From Atractiella rhizophila (taxonomy: Eukaryota), in assembly GCA_021432655.1 (NCBI GenBank), contig MU271186.1, positions 1 to 64,000 on the forward strand: a stretch of DNA of 64,000 nucleotides, read 5' to 3'. Positions 47,701 to 61,666 of this stretch are shown one piece after another. Numbering within the stretch: position 1 is the stretch's first letter; each line of letters starts with the position of its first letter. The notes beneath the pieces are model-generated. The model was not told where the DNA came from. It did not search any database and saw nothing but the letters and a program-made list of their open reading frames with translations. The position numbers were made by a program, and so were the translations under genes.

Positions 47701-49500
47701 CGTACCCTCAGCACCACCTTCACCACAGCCCGCAGCACCTCAAACTCTTGCAGATAATCCAGACAACTTGTCTCCGGAGAAAGCACAGATGGTTGGGAGT
47801 CGCCAGTCCAGCTTGGACATGATGGATAATCTTGACGACCTTGAAAGAGCGCTGCAGGAACTTTCACCTAAAGCCCTGCGGCCCTTTCCAAGTTCACCCC
47901 AACCAGGCGTCAGCTCCAGGATAACGAATAGCCAGAGCCCTTCGACGTTAGCCGCTCCAGGATTGTCTCCTTCGGTCGTACCTTTGAGAAAGCCCGTTAC
48001 CCAGGAAAGTGTAGTAGATTTGTCAAAGACAGAAAGCATTCCAGGTTATGGGAAGGATACGAATCTAGAGGACGACGCCCCCAGTACACCAGCCATCCTT
48101 GAGCATCCACCCGGTGCCTCAACCTCATCTATCCCTCCAGTTAGCGTTGCATCTGCCGTACCTCTACATGTGAAGACATTATCGCGCCAGGATTCTCAAA
48201 GCTCAACGGATAACGGTTTTGGTGGACTAGTCGAATTCTCACATAACGGCGACATAGACGCCGCCCCTGTGTCAGCAAATTCCGCCTATTCCAATGATTC
48301 ATCCGAAGATTCTTCTTATCTGCCTTATCGAGCATCTCTGGAAGAAGAAACACCTGCAACTGCAGATGCACCGCCACCGCTTCCACCAAAAGGCGCAGAA
48401 GCACCCCCTGTTGTAGCATTGTCACCAACAACTCTGCCCGTTGCCCTTCCAAGTCCGGGTTATTCTCCTAGCCTTCCTTCCGTACCATCAACGCCTGGGA
48501 CGTCAGATCTTCAGATACCCTCATCAGGTGGTGGAAGTTGGGGTAGGAAAAGAAGTGGATCTGTCGCCGCCCCCACCCCTGATAACGTTCCAAAGATCCA
48601 GCCTCCACCAAGATCCCCTATGAGCCTCAATGCTCTGAAGGCGAAACCATGGCCACCTACACGTGGAGCTAGTAGTGGAGCGGGCTCTCTGCCCTTGGAA
48701 GAAGCTCCAAATACCTCCACACCTCCCAAGTCGCCTTTAGCCAAGTTCAAATTTTGGAACAGACAGGATGGAGGTAAACATTCCCCATGCGATAGCTGTT
48801 CGGCATACTCACTGAAATCACAGGCCCTAGCCCACCCCCGGGACAGACGGATACGAATGACGGCGGCTCTACCTTTCCTGGGGAACAGAGTGATCGTCGC
48901 GTCTCTGAGAAATCTTTGCATCTGGCACGACCTGATTCTCTTTCAACTTACGGTGGCCTGGAGGACCCGGAGTCACCATCTATTCCAACATTTTCTATCG
49001 AATCTCCTCGAGCAAGTTTGGAGTTTCGCTCCAGCCCTCTCTTCGATCCTCCAGCCCCGTTGCCACCTATGCCAACGTCTCTCGAATCCCCCTTCTCCAT
49101 CGCGCCACCCCAACGTTCTCACGTCAACAATTTAGAAGGGCAACCCGACTCACCTATATCCCAGTCGGACACCATCTCCCTGCGGAGCGAACAGCAATCT
49201 CAGTCTCCAGCGCAGGCTCCTCCTCGACTACCTGCTTCGCTGCCCTCCACACCATTCAGCTCGGTTCAGGGAACAATCAACACTGGCAGGTTCGAGCCTC
49301 AGAAATCCAACAGTAAGTTCAGACTCTCAGGTCTTTTGACCGAGATGGAGAACTTCGACTTTTCCTCGGACGATGAGGAACTACCAAGTGATTTCGAGGC
49401 TCCTGGTCCGAAACTTGCAGTGCCAAGAGAGCAGAGTTTCGACAATCCTGCTCCGCTTCGTATCCAAAAACCATCTAGTCCAATAGTTGACCTAACTTAG
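44709..49500 (+). CDS. Large hypothetical protein with an ordered N-terminal region and a long S/P/E-rich tail
   Basis: Consecutive long ORFs (183, 728, 595, 194 aa) joinable by short introns; ordered motifs ITVIPP, RGTLVPLYPTL, GPRIGEEAWEILW, VVGKVEFDID. Confidence 0.8.
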
Positions 49501-49992
49501 AACAGCCATTTGAGATGGGATCTCATGTTAAATCGTATATAATCCTTATTCTTTGGTTCTGAGCATCTATGGCTTCAATGTCTAATAAAGCGGTTTCTTG
49601 CCTAAGTAAGCTGGCTGTACGACTATGTATTTCAAGCTTTCTTTTTCGCTCAAAACTTGATATATCGAGGTACAGCTTCCATCTTAACGTTACCGCATTG
49701 TACTCCTAGCAATCTATTCATGTGTTGCCCTGCATATCACTTGCCCGTATCGTCCTTTGCCAACCTGCTGTCTCCAATCAATCTTCACCAACATTTGGAA
49801 TCACTCAGAAACCTCAGAGCCACATGCCATCATCACTGGGCCTCCACGACAGCCAATTTACAAACCAAGAATTGGGAATGGCATTACAATGATACATTAC
49901 TGATGACAACTTCAGCTGGTACTACATGGTATCACGACAAAACTTGAAACTGAACCGAACTAAACATTACAATTGTGTTCCACTTTGTTGCC

Positions 49993-51152
49993 TCACTTCT
50001 TTTGTTGCTTTCCATTCCTACCCCTGATTATCTTCTTTATTAGCTCGAAGCCAACACTCAGGATAAGGATAACTCACGCGGCACTGACACAGTATGGTGC
50101 CATCTGCTTGAGGATAGATAGATCCTTCCGACTACAATTCTTCGCCAGGTGTTCGTCAATCTCGCAAGGCTTCTTCATGGGCGCTTGGTGGCAGTCTACA
50201 TCTTGTTGATCCCCTTTCACAATCCACGCAGGGCGAAAGAACTCAAAATTATGACCATGAGCAGCAATCGAACAATTTGGGCGGTACAGAAACTAAACAC
50301 GTCAATGAGTGCTGGTTCGCTTGAGAACAAAAAGTAAGAAGAAACAAACTTGTGCTTTCCACCAAACGACGGGATTCGTACCCGGAGTCACCACGTTCTC
50401 AACCTCCTTCTTTCGCCTTCCGATTGATTTAACGTAATGGACTTCAGGAAAATGTTCCTTTGGAAGGTGAATGACATGATCCAAGTTACCACCCGAGCTG
50501 CGGTACTCGATTTCGGTGATTGGGTGAAAACCCTCTGCGGTAGTTTTGTAGAAAAGGTCTCTCGATGCCTGACGAAAGTAAACAAACTCCTTCTTGTTCT
50601 TGAACAACTTGAAACGTTCCAAATTGTCGCCATCTTTGGTTATTTTCATAGTTGTCGATTCCACCCATGGCGCCGAATCCCAGGAAACGCACGGGACAGA
50701 AGGCGACAGCAATGGAGGCGATGACAGAGGAGAACCGAGGATGCCATCAGCATCTAGGCTCAAAGTTCAGCAACCACCAAACTGGAATGACGAAACACAC
50801 TCTTTTCCTCTAAACAGCTCAGGTTAAGAAACTGGTCAACGACATCGCTATCCATGGGACTCTCTTGCAGCATATAGTCACGATTTTCGAGCTGACACCC
50901 CTCACGCAAAGACTCTCCAAAAGCTGTCCCGAGAATGCCCTGGAATCTGTAGTTTCCCACTGTGCATCGTGTAAAGCTCGTTCAAATTCGGCAATAAAAC
51001 GTACCAATGCTCTTGACAGATAACAATAATTCCTTCAGAGAACCATCAAGGTTTTCTTGGGACACTAGAGAGTGCTGCTCGTCCTGAACGGCTGTGAGCA
51101 CATTTTGGAACGCCATTTCCATGGTCGACGTATGACTAAGTAGGTGCAACAT
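49993..51152 (-). CDS. Hypothetical protein, multi-exon
   Basis: ORFs 50819-51007 and 50302-50763 plus flanking exons joinable by short GT-AG introns; no family recognised. Confidence 0.5.
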
Positions 51153-52075
51153 GGCGATGGAAGCTTTTGGTTGTGAAGCTACTATTAGCTGCCTTTCCCT
51201 TGGTCATCTTTCTTTCGCTCACGAGTAAAAGATGCTACGGGATACGCACAGAGGTGTCAGAGGCAAACCGACGAGAAGCAAGTTAGCGGAATATGATGTC
51301 TAGGTGCATTTCTTTCCTTTTGACGGTTCACTGTAACATTTACACAATGAACGGGTCCCGAGCCTTTTGCAGGCATCTTATTTCTACCTTCCCAGCCGTA
51401 CGATAATACAGCAGCAGGAACGTTTGCGTCTCTCTATAGATGAGATCATGCATTCCTTCAAACGTTCGATCCAACATCACAGCTCAAAAGCAAACCCTTG
51501 CGTTCACGAAACATTCAAACACACCTCTTCGATAAGACGCGAAGGTCAGATCGAATAGGCGCATTTAATGCGCCGTGAAAACAAGCAGATTGCTCGAGAA
51601 CTGTGAATGTTTTTACACATGTTCCCATATCCTGCACAAGCAGAGTTACTTACTGTGTGGGTTTTCAAATATATAGATTGGATTCCTACGAAGATATGTC
51701 AATTACCAATGGAGTCTATCTAGAAAGAAACGTGCCAGATAAAGCAGCGTAAATTAATCTCTTCAGTCCAACCTTTTCAGGATAAGAGAGACAAGATTGA
51801 TTTGCGCTGAGAATGTTTCCGATTTCGCTGCAGACATGAAATCAATGACATAACTGGGGAGGTCGAAGCAAAGAGATGGGCGGAACTAGACGCTCACCTA
51901 CTGCAGCAACAGATGGATGATAACTCCTCAATATTTGTTAGGCGTGACTTGTTGCTTCTGAAGGGGTTCCCTACCAGGTTCACGTCCGTTTTTATGCGTT
52001 TGCCTTTGACAGGCTGCACAGCCTTTGACATCGACGTGAACGACGTATTTGAGAACCTTCCTCTCGACACGTGAT

Positions 52076-53763
52076 CTTGACCTTGTTTTCGTATTTTGAT
52101 TGTTTTGGGCACAGATGCAGTAGATCCACCTGGTAAGCATGGGTGAACTGAAATTATCTATCGTAACATGTAGGTCCCCTTCACAAACAGGGCCGAAAGT
52201 ATCCACACTATCAAGTTCCCCATCGTCCAGATGCCAAAGGTAAAGCGTCCCGCGTAAGCGAATGTCCAACATCCCATTAATACCAAGGCCCAAAGCACGA
52301 ATTTTGCGGGAACTCTATATTTGAGTCATGAGTATAAATTATTGTACTGCGGAAATTGGATACTCACCCCTGTAGTCGCGGAGGCAACTTCAGCCTGGAC
52401 ACCTCAAGAAGTACCAGGAAGCCCAGTACTTGCAGAACATTGTGATCTGAGGAGAACGGCGCATACCACCCTGCTAGCAGGTTTCGAGTCCATACCAGGA
52501 GTATAGTGCTAGTGAGTGGAAGTAGGAGGAACATCATGGTAAGCAGCGAAAAGTTGAAGCGTGCTTCCTGCTCGAGCTTCATCTGGACAAGAAGGATTGG
52601 TCAGTACTATCCTTCAAAGGCATGGCGACCTACCGAATAGAGGTGGCTCGTTTGTAAAAGTTGAAGCAAGAACAGTAATAAGAAGGCAAATTGATAAGGA
52701 GCAAAAAATACGACAAAGGCGAGGAGGAAACCAAAGGAAACCATTCGTTGTGCGAAAGTACTGGTATCTCTTTCTGATCCACTGACCCGACATCAATGTC
52801 ACGGCATACCAAAATACAAATACGAACCATAAAATCCGCATCATCCATCGCAGACCCCAAAGCCGAGAGCATACCGTGTAGATTCCCATCCATAGAAGAG
52901 TGAAGAAAAAAAAAAAAAAAAAAAAAAAAACTTGACCTTGTTTTCGCATTTTGATTGTTTTGGGCACAGATGGAGTAGATCCACATGGTAAGCCTGGGTG
53001 AACTGAAATTATCTATCATAACATGTAGGTCCCCTTCACAAACAAGGCTGAAAGTATCCACACTATCAAGTTCCCCATCGTCCAGATGCCAAAGGTAAAG
53101 CGTCCCGCGTAAGCGAATGTCCAACATCCCATTAATGCCAAGGTGCAAAGCACAAATTTTGCGGGAACTCTATATTTGAGTCATAAGTATAAATGATTGT
53201 GATTTGGAAATTGGTTACTCACCCGTGTAATCGCGGAGGCAACTTCAGCCTCGACACCTCAAGAAGTACCAGGAACCCCAGTACTTGCAGAACATTGTGA
53301 TCTGAGGAGAACGGCGCGTACCACCCTGCTAGCAGGTTTCGAGTCCATACCAGGAGTATAGTGCTGGTGAGTGGGAGTAGGAGGAACATCATGGTAAGCA
53401 GCGCAAAGTTGAAGCGTGCTTCCTGCTCGAGCTTCATCTGGACAAGAAGGATTAGTCAGTACTATCCTTTTAAAAGCATGGCGACCTACCGAATAGAGGT
53501 GGCTCGTTTGTAAAAGTTGAAGCAAGAACAGTAATAAGAAGGCAAATTGATAAGGAGCAAAAAATACGACAAAGGCGAGGAGGAAACCGAAGGAAACCAT
53601 TCGTTGTGCGAAAGTACTGGTATCTCTTTCCGATCCACTGACCCGACATCAATGTCACGGCATACCAAAAATACAAATACGAACCATAAAATCCGCATCA
53701 TCCATCGCAGACCCCAAAGCCGAGAGCATACCGTGTAGATTCCCATCCATAGAAGAGTGAAGA
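52076..53763. repeat. Tandem duplication of about 830 bp (52076-52906, 52931-53763) with an A-tract at the junction; left copy is an orphan BST1 3' fragment
   Basis: Copies align with scattered substitutions; A run at 52906-52930. Confidence 0.95.
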
Positions 53764-56673
53764 TATGGATGCAGACCACGTACGCTGCGAAGATTCCCAC
53801 GCTAGCGAAGACAAGTAAAGGGTGTAACCAGACAAGTTGGACATCCAGAGTTCCTGTAAGCAAGTCATGAACGACCCAACTTCTGGAAGACGTAGCAGCT
53901 GGGAAGAAGAGAGCTTGAAGGAGCGAAAGAGAGGTGGAGGCGGCCAGGACTATTGGCAGACGTTGATTGACGAAAAAGGAGAATGCACTAGTGATTGTTG
54001 GAAATTGTCCTTTTTTGCGTAATCAGTATGTGATGGCTCTCCGTAGGAGGACTTACCTCCGTGAAAGAACTTCTCTAATTGAATGGCAAAACAAAAAATC
54101 CAGACGCCAAAAGGGTATGCAACTATCACGGTGCGATAACGAATTGCGATTCTGGCAAGTGTTGACCAATAATCCAATGTAATTTGCACCGGAACCGTTT
54201 GGTCTTCTTGATGCTGAGTATGATATAATCGAGCCTGCAATGTCTTCTCAGCTAGAGGTTCAAGGAAGGGCCCATTTGAATGTGTATGTATTGTACTTTG
54301 GAGCTGGAATGGCGATGGAAAGAAGGAAGATTGAGCAGTGGACGGAGTTGAGATTTGCAAAAGAGGAGAAAAAGGATACGATGAAGGTGGATTGGATGTA
54401 AGCTGGAGGCGGAATACGAGAAGAGATGACGAAAGAGGTAGTTGGATGTCCGTCCAAACTGATCCTTTTCGGAGGAGGATATCGGAATGCACACCGAAGA
54501 GGCCATACCCTTCCCCAATCAAATCAGCCTTAATACATGGAAATAAATAATATAATGAGTATGATATAATCGAGCCTGCAATGTCTTCTCAGCTAGAGGT
54601 TCAAGGAAGGGCCCATTTGAATGTGTATGTATTGTACTTTGGAGCTGGAATGGCGATGGAAAGAAGGAAGATTGAGCAGTGGACGGAGTTGAGATTTGCA
54701 AAAGAGGAGAAAAAGGATACGATGAAGGTGGATTGGATGTAAGCTGGAGGCGGAATACGAGAAGAGATGACGAAAGAGGTAGTTGGATGTCCGTCCAAAC
54801 TGATCCTTTTCGGAGGAGGATATCGGAATGCACACCGAAGAGGCCATACCCTTCCCCAATCAAATCAGCCTTAATACATGGAAATAAATAATATAACGCA
54901 CCAATTTTCGAGCTAATTTGGGTTTCCCATCCAGCAAAGATCCATTCTGCCGAGATGCTCTTTGGGACAGTAACTACCCAACTCTGGTAGTCCTCCAATT
55001 CGTACATGGGCAGCTCCAAAGCCCACATTCCTTCGATTTCGCTCCTTCCGGGAAGATACTGCGCGTCTCCGTCGACCCCAATGCTCCGAGGCAGCGTCTG
55101 AACACGATCTGTCGACACAGGATGACAATGCTCGAGGGAATGCGAAGTCAGAACCCTGCACCTAGACACTGTGACCACATTCTGGAAAGCATCGATAGGG
55201 ACAGATGTGAGCACTTTGAAGGTGGAAGCAGAAGATGGGGAACGAAAAACGTGATGCGTTGTCTTTTCCAAAGAGGGGAGGTCGAGACTCAACCGCTCTT
55301 CAGGGGACAGAAATCGTATGTCGTCTTCCGCGCCGATGTGGACGTGTTGATGGGAGAAGGCTGCCTGGTTGTCCGGAAGCGCCTTTAAATATCGTTTGAA
55401 GACTGCCTCTGTCGGTCCAGGAGTGAGGCTGCCCTCTTCCTGTTCGAAGGCATCCGAGATTTCAAGCAGAGCTTGGACTATCCTCGTTCGGAGCTGATCA
55501 CACCAGAGGACAGCTAAATGGTCAATCGACGAATAAACCGTCGGGATTTCCGTAGTGAAAACTGTGAACCCAGTTATCCTTGGTTGACTTTCGCCCCTCG
55601 AAAACATGGCAGAAGAGAGAAACGCGGCATCCGAGTTGATCATTGAATCCCATACACCGCCAGCAATGGAAACGACCGTGAGATTCTCAGTAGATGGAAT
55701 TAGAGAAACATCATGGATCTCCTCATAGACCTCTTCGATCCGGGGGTCAAATGTGACGGGTAGAAGCGAGTGCGGCGTGGCCACTGTAAGGATTGTATGG
55801 ATGCTCCCTGGAATATAATTTGGCAGAGTCAATGCCAGCCTCGATGAAATACCTCCCATCGAGTGAGCCACGACAATAACGGAGGAAGGCACCCGGTGGG
55901 AAGTCTGACTATCGCGATAGAGAGAAAGAATGAAAGAGATGGCATCATTGATATAGTGGGCTTGTTCGTGCATCGTCTGACCGTGAAATGCTGAGAAATC
56001 TTCATTGAAGTCGACTTAACTCTTCAATAGTCAGTTGGAGGGTTTCACCGAGAGAGAAGTACAAACTTGTGAACCAATCCAGTCCCCCAGAATGTTTCCA
56101 CTTTTCGTTTACCTCGCCATTTCGATTCCGTAACAGGCGGCTACTACCGCTAGCGAAACTGCGAACTTGCTTAAAGCTCCCAGCATTTCCTGGGACAAAT
56201 AATACAGGAGTTCCCCCAATCTGGCTCATAGCTCTTGAAGGCGGAGGCGAAGGATCCCAGCCGTTTTCGCGGTAAAGGTACACCGCATATTTGTGATAGA
56301 ATGCGGTGTGCGTCTCATTGAACAAGTGTTCCGGGAAGGATAAATAGGAAGGAGACGACCACGACATCCTGCAGGTGCCTGAAGTGCCTCCTCGAGCTGC
56401 AAGCTGCCATTGTTGAAGGCCGTTTCGAGTGTTCGGAAGGTGTTCGGAAGCAGGAGGTATGAAGGAATCCAGAAAATTTTGCGACAGCGCTGGGCGCTTC
56501 AAAGAGTCTACAAAAGAAGAAAAGAAAAGGTAGACGACTGCCAGGGAGAGCAGCGAAACGACAAAGGAAGCTTTTGACACGCCAGCAGCTTCTTTTGCGA
56601 CGCTACGTTTCACTACCGCCGGATCGTGACCATCCTCAATTTCTCGAACAGGGAGGGGCTTATCATAGCCCAT
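53016..56673 (-). CDS. BST1: GPI inositol-deacylase (PGAP1 family), interrupted by an internal 341-bp duplication
   Basis: CRMSW, YAVYLYRE, PVLFVPGNAGSFKQVRS, VAHSMGG (GxSxG-type), DHLAVLWCDQL, APYQFAF, VWTRNL, FSSDHN; stop at 53016. Confidence 0.92.
54215..54896. repeat. Tandem duplication, 2 x 341 bp, apparently identical
   Basis: 54215-54555 equals 54556-54896; the ORF track shows identical peptides at offset 341. Confidence 0.97.
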
Positions 56674-57013
56674 ATAGGTTGCGAGATCCTTTTCCTTCCT
56701 GTGAGTTGACGTAGCTTCGCAATGACCGTAGTCTTAGTTCTTGTCTTGCTTGTGAAATGCATTTTCTAAATGGTCTTTTCTGTGACTCACGAATCTTTTT
56801 CACACAAGGGGGAAAGAAATATCTGCGTTGCATCAGTGTTGCATAGTACAGTTACTAACCAAGAAAAAATGGCATGTATGAAGCAATACAACCGAACGCA
56901 GTTAAATAACACATAGTTCACATAGAACGATGAATAGAATTGATGACTTGCTCTAGAGTAAAAGCTGTAAGAGTGACTCAGAGAAACGGGCTCGTTGTTC
57001 TCACTAATGCCCA

Positions 57014-60000
57014 TCACAGAATCAGGGCTTCATTCCTCCAAGCAGCAGCGAGATCGATGTCCAACGTATCCAAACTTCCGAAAAGCAACGGTGATGGGCT
57101 TAAGTGTGAAGTATCTTTAGTGATCCCAGTCAGCGAAGAGGATGTATCGGAATGTTGCAGGTTAGAAAATTCCTGCCAAACAGCACCTAGAGACAACGTG
57201 ACGCCCTGTTGCTCGGGCGAAGCGAACCGGCTAGACATTTCTGTATTGGTACTCATATCAGCAAAGCTGGGTAGCGTGGAGAGCATAGATATATCAGTCG
57301 GAGTCGGTGCGATAGAAGGAATCGTATTGAAGCTCTGAACTGTTAGCCGAGGATCGATCGTTGCAGGAATGAGCTCTGGATTATGTTGTATCTGCGTATT
57401 TTTGGACAAATCGGCGAGAAATTGTTCCAGGTCCGAGGTCGGTTGGGCAAAGTCAAAAGCAGCGGAAGCTTGCAATTGAGCAATGACATTTTGATTGGGG
57501 TGCGACGGGGTTGCTCGTGTTGCGGCGAAAAGAGGCTGGTCCTTGTCAACATCACCGAGGAGCTTTGAGGAAAGGAAAGGTGAAAGCGATATGTCCATTG
57601 CCTGGTTCGACTCGCCATTGATGGAATCTTGGATTTTGTCTGAAGGCGAAGTCAAGATAGGAGAAATCGACGAGGAGGAGAAATGATGAAACTGGTTCGC
57701 AGGGAGGGAAGAAACCGCTGACACAGCTGAGACTGGGAAAGTGCTTGAAACAAGGGGCAGGGAGGATTGCTGCATCAAAGCGTGACCGAAGTGTGGCGCA
57801 GTTGACGGTAGAACGTGGGCGGTCACATTACCAGCCCCAAACGATGACTGCTCTTGCAAATTGTGAGCCATGGGGGAAGGGGTCCAAATCATGGAATCGG
57901 TGTCTGACGAATGCCATGATTGAGCCGTATACCCCGAGACTGCCGGTTGATGAAGCTGAGTCTGTACCGGTTGGAGGATATGGGACGGTGTTGATTGAAA
58001 CACCGCTGCTTCCTGAGCGAGTGATACGGAATCAGACTGAATGGAACGGTGATTGACTGCAGGCGGCTGTTGGACAGTCTTGAGTTTCCCGAACTCCGCC
58101 TCAAAGGATGGCGGAAGAGGTTCTTCGAGCGGTTTCGCGGCATATTCGGGTGGAGGATCTAGAGGTAACCCGTTTACATCAAAAAATGCGAGCAGCTCGT
58201 CGTTCTTGCCATATCCCAGAATGGGGATAGCATCGGTACTGCTTTTGTTTTCTAGCCAACCTGTCATCACCAAAAAGGAGAACGTGGATATTGCCCATAC
58301 CGTCTCCATTCCTTCTCCTTTTGTGTTCTTTCTCAGGGGCTGGATTCTCAACAATGCCCATTCTGAAGCGAACCAACATGTTTGTATCAGGATCGTGGAT
58401 GCATGCTGGAGATAGAATGGGTTAAAAACTTGTAGAAGAGAAGAGGACAGACCGAGAGAGTTAGGAGGATACTTGTGATAATTCTTGTCACGGTTACGTG
58501 GCTTTGAGCTGGCCATTTCTTTGTCCCCATTCTTAGGTGCAGAACCTACAGGAGGTTTCTGAGCTCTCTGGCGCTTATTCGGGTCGGGAGGAGCGAGAGA
58601 GAGGACCATGTATCCCATTTTATTGGGATTCCAGCAATTTTTTGGGAAATCACGACCCTGAGAATGTTTGGTTATGCTGAAGGGCTATTTAGTGAAGCGG
58701 GCTCACGAATATAGGCACAAGCTTATCCCGTATATTCCAAGCAACCCTCTCCGCAAGTTCTTTCGCGACCTCGAACTCAATCCAATGACCCTACGATTGT
58801 GTGAAAAAGGGTTAAGGAGCAAAGCGGGAACACGGACTTGGATGAGCACATCCCCTCCCCGCAGACGAAAATGTTTCTTCTCCACTAGAAAATCATAGAT
58901 TTAACAAGGCACAAAGGTAAACTACGACTCACAGTCCGGTCTTCCCTTAAAAAGAGTGTTCAATGAGACCTTTTTCCCTCCCGTCACTGTGGAATCGAAT
59001 GAGCTTGGTTTGGAAGCCCAAAACAGCATAAAATGCTACCCAATCGCCATATTGGACACAGTTTAACGCTAAAAGGGAATTTAGCATAGTCGAAATCTGC
59101 AGAATTTCACCTTACTGTCCGGTTTGGCACTGCGTTTGTAAGATTAGCTACGCCATGTTGGAGAAAGGAAGACATACGTCGAACATCATCGTTTCTGGAA
59201 CAGATTGGATTTTGTCTGAAGGCGAAGTCAAGATAGGAGAAATCGACGAGGAGGAGAAATGATGAAACTGGTTCGCAGGGAGGGAAGAAACCGCTGACAC
59301 AGCTGAGACTGGGAAAGTGCTTGAAACAAGGGGCAGGGAGGATTGCTGCATCAAAGCGTGACCGAAGTGTGGCGCAGTTGACGGTAGAACGTGGGCGGTC
59401 ACATTACCAGCCCCAAACGATGACTGCTCTTGCAAATTGTGAGCCATGGGGGAAGGGGTCCAAATCATGGAATCGGTGTCTGACGAATGCCATGGTTGAG
59501 CCGTATACCCCGTGACTGCGGGTTGATGAAGCTGAGTCTGTACCGGTTGGAGGATATGGGACGGTGTTGATTGAAACACCGCTGCTTCCTGAGCGAGTGA
59601 TAGGGAATCAGACTGAATAGAACGGTGATTGACTGCAGGCGGCTGTTGGACAGTCTTGAGTTTCCCGAACTCCGCCTCAAAGGATGGCGGAAGAGGTTCT
59701 TCGAGCGGTTTCGCGGCATATTCGGGTGGAGGATCTAGAGGTAACCCGTTTACATCAAAAAATGCGAGCAGCTCGTCGTTCTTGCCGTATCCCAGAATGG
59801 GGATGGCATCGGTACTGCTTTTATTTTCTAACCAAGCTGTCATTACAAAAAAAAAAAGAGAAAGTGGATAGTGCCCATACCGTCTCCATTCCTTCTCCTT
59901 TTGTGTTCTTTCTCAGGGGCTGGATTCTCAACAATGCCCATTCTGAAGCGAACCAACTTGTTTGTATCAGGATCGTGGATGCATGCTGGAGATAGAATGG

Positions 60001-61666
60001 GTTAAAAACTTATAGAAGAGAAGAGGACAGACCGAGAGAGTTAGGAGGATACTTGTGATAATTCTTGTCACGGTTACGTGGCTTTGAGCTGGCAGTTTCT
60101 TTGTCCCCATTCTTAGGTGCAGGACCAACTGGAGGTTTCTGAGCTCTCTGGCGCTTATTTGGGTCGGGAGGAGCGAGGGAGAGGACCATGTATCCCATTT
60201 TATTGGGATTCCAGCAATTTTTTGGGAAATCACGACCCTGAAAATGTTTGGTTATGCTGAAGGTCTCTTAGTGAAGCGGGCTCACGAATATAGGCACAAG
60301 CTTATCCCGTATATTCCAAGCAACCCTCTCCGCAAGTTCTTTCGCGACCTCGAACTCAATCCAATGACCCTACGATTGTATGAAAAGGGTTAAGGAAAAA
60401 AGCGGGAACACGGACTTGGATGAGCACATCCCCTCCCCGCAGACGAAAATGTTTCTTCTCCACTAGAAAATCATAGATTTAGCAAGGCACAAAGGTAAAC
60501 TACGACTCACAGTCCGGTCTTCCCTTAAAAAGAGTGGTCAATGAGACTTTTTTCCCTCCCGTCACTGTGGAATCGAATGAGCTTGGTTTGGAAGCCCAAA
60601 ACAGCATAAAACGCTACCCAATCGCCATATTGGGCACAGTTTAACGCTAAAAGGGAATTTAGCATCGTCGCAATTTGCAGAATTTCACCTTACTGTCCGG
60701 TTTGACACTGCGTTTGTAAGATTAGCTACGCCATGTTGGAGAAAGGAAGACATACGTCGAACATCATCGTTTCTGGAACAGGAGTCAGATAATCTTCTTG
60801 GAGCGTATTTTACTCACCCGTTCGTCCATTCCATGATGCAGAGTATTGCCAAACTAAGGTGACAACGTCAGTAACTCCACAGGTTAGAAACAAGTTTCTC
60901 GTTCACCTGTGATAAAACCCCTGGAGAACGAAGGATAAATACAAAGTTCGAAGGTCCTGACAGTGGCAGAGACAACGTACCGTGCATTAGAAGACGTTTC
61001 ATAGCCCGTTACTGCAGCTGGAATCCTCAGACTTGGATCATGATCGCGACAAGGTCTATATTTCACCAGTGGCTTGGTGTGAAGGAGTTTGGATGGGTCC
61101 AAAGGATCATCATCATGTTTTAAAATAACTTTTGAGAAATCGTCCAACGAAGCTGCTCTCATGCTGGCCACCAACTCATCTCTGGCCAGCATTGCTTGAT
61201 GCATGCGCACATCGTGGACTTCGACCATGGCCATTTCGCGTAGAATGAAGGTGGGCACGAAATTGTGCCCTCTTGACAGTGAAAGAGGGACAGAGGGGAT
61301 GTTGGCTGTTTCATCAGACCAAAAGCCATCTTCAGCTGTTCAAATGGGCCAGGGCAATAATGTTCGAGGTTGCTCCGAACTCTAACGAACGTGCGGACTT
61401 GCCAAAACCGTCGATCCAAAATCGTCGAAATCACACAAACCCAAAAACCTAATGTAATGCTGTGATTAAAGTCAAGTTTAGAACCTTGCAAACGGCCACA
61501 AACAGATCATTGGAACCGGCAACTGGACGGCGATCACCAGATATGTCGACGAGTCACTGCGCACGGTGAAAACGGTAATCACAACAACCTTCTGTTGCGT
61601 GTTGTTGTTGTACTGTACTTCTTTGGAGACGGCTTCCTGGCTCTCTTGATGCCCGATTTGGTCCAT
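57014..61666 (-). pseudogene. Fungal transcription-factor-like gene (middle-homology-type region plus S/Q/P-rich tail), disrupted by an internal 1.58-kb duplication
   Basis: FWVCVISTILDRR resembles the Fungal_trans motif; activation-domain-like tail in ORF 57014-58618; right copy breaks frame at the A run near 59850 and stops at 59148. Confidence 0.5.
57629..60781. repeat. Tandem duplication of about 1575 bp (57629-59203, 59205-60781)
   Basis: Copies align at offset about 1576 with substitutions and small indels; unmatched A at 59204. Confidence 0.96.

Noticed and set aside
51894..53148. ORFs reading through the A-tract (poly-Phe) and LDIRLRGTLYLWHLDDGELD ORFs
   Set aside because: Wrong frame. 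The real BST1 C-terminus is the hydrophobic FVL...FAYAGRFTFGIW frame, which stops at 53016 before the junction.
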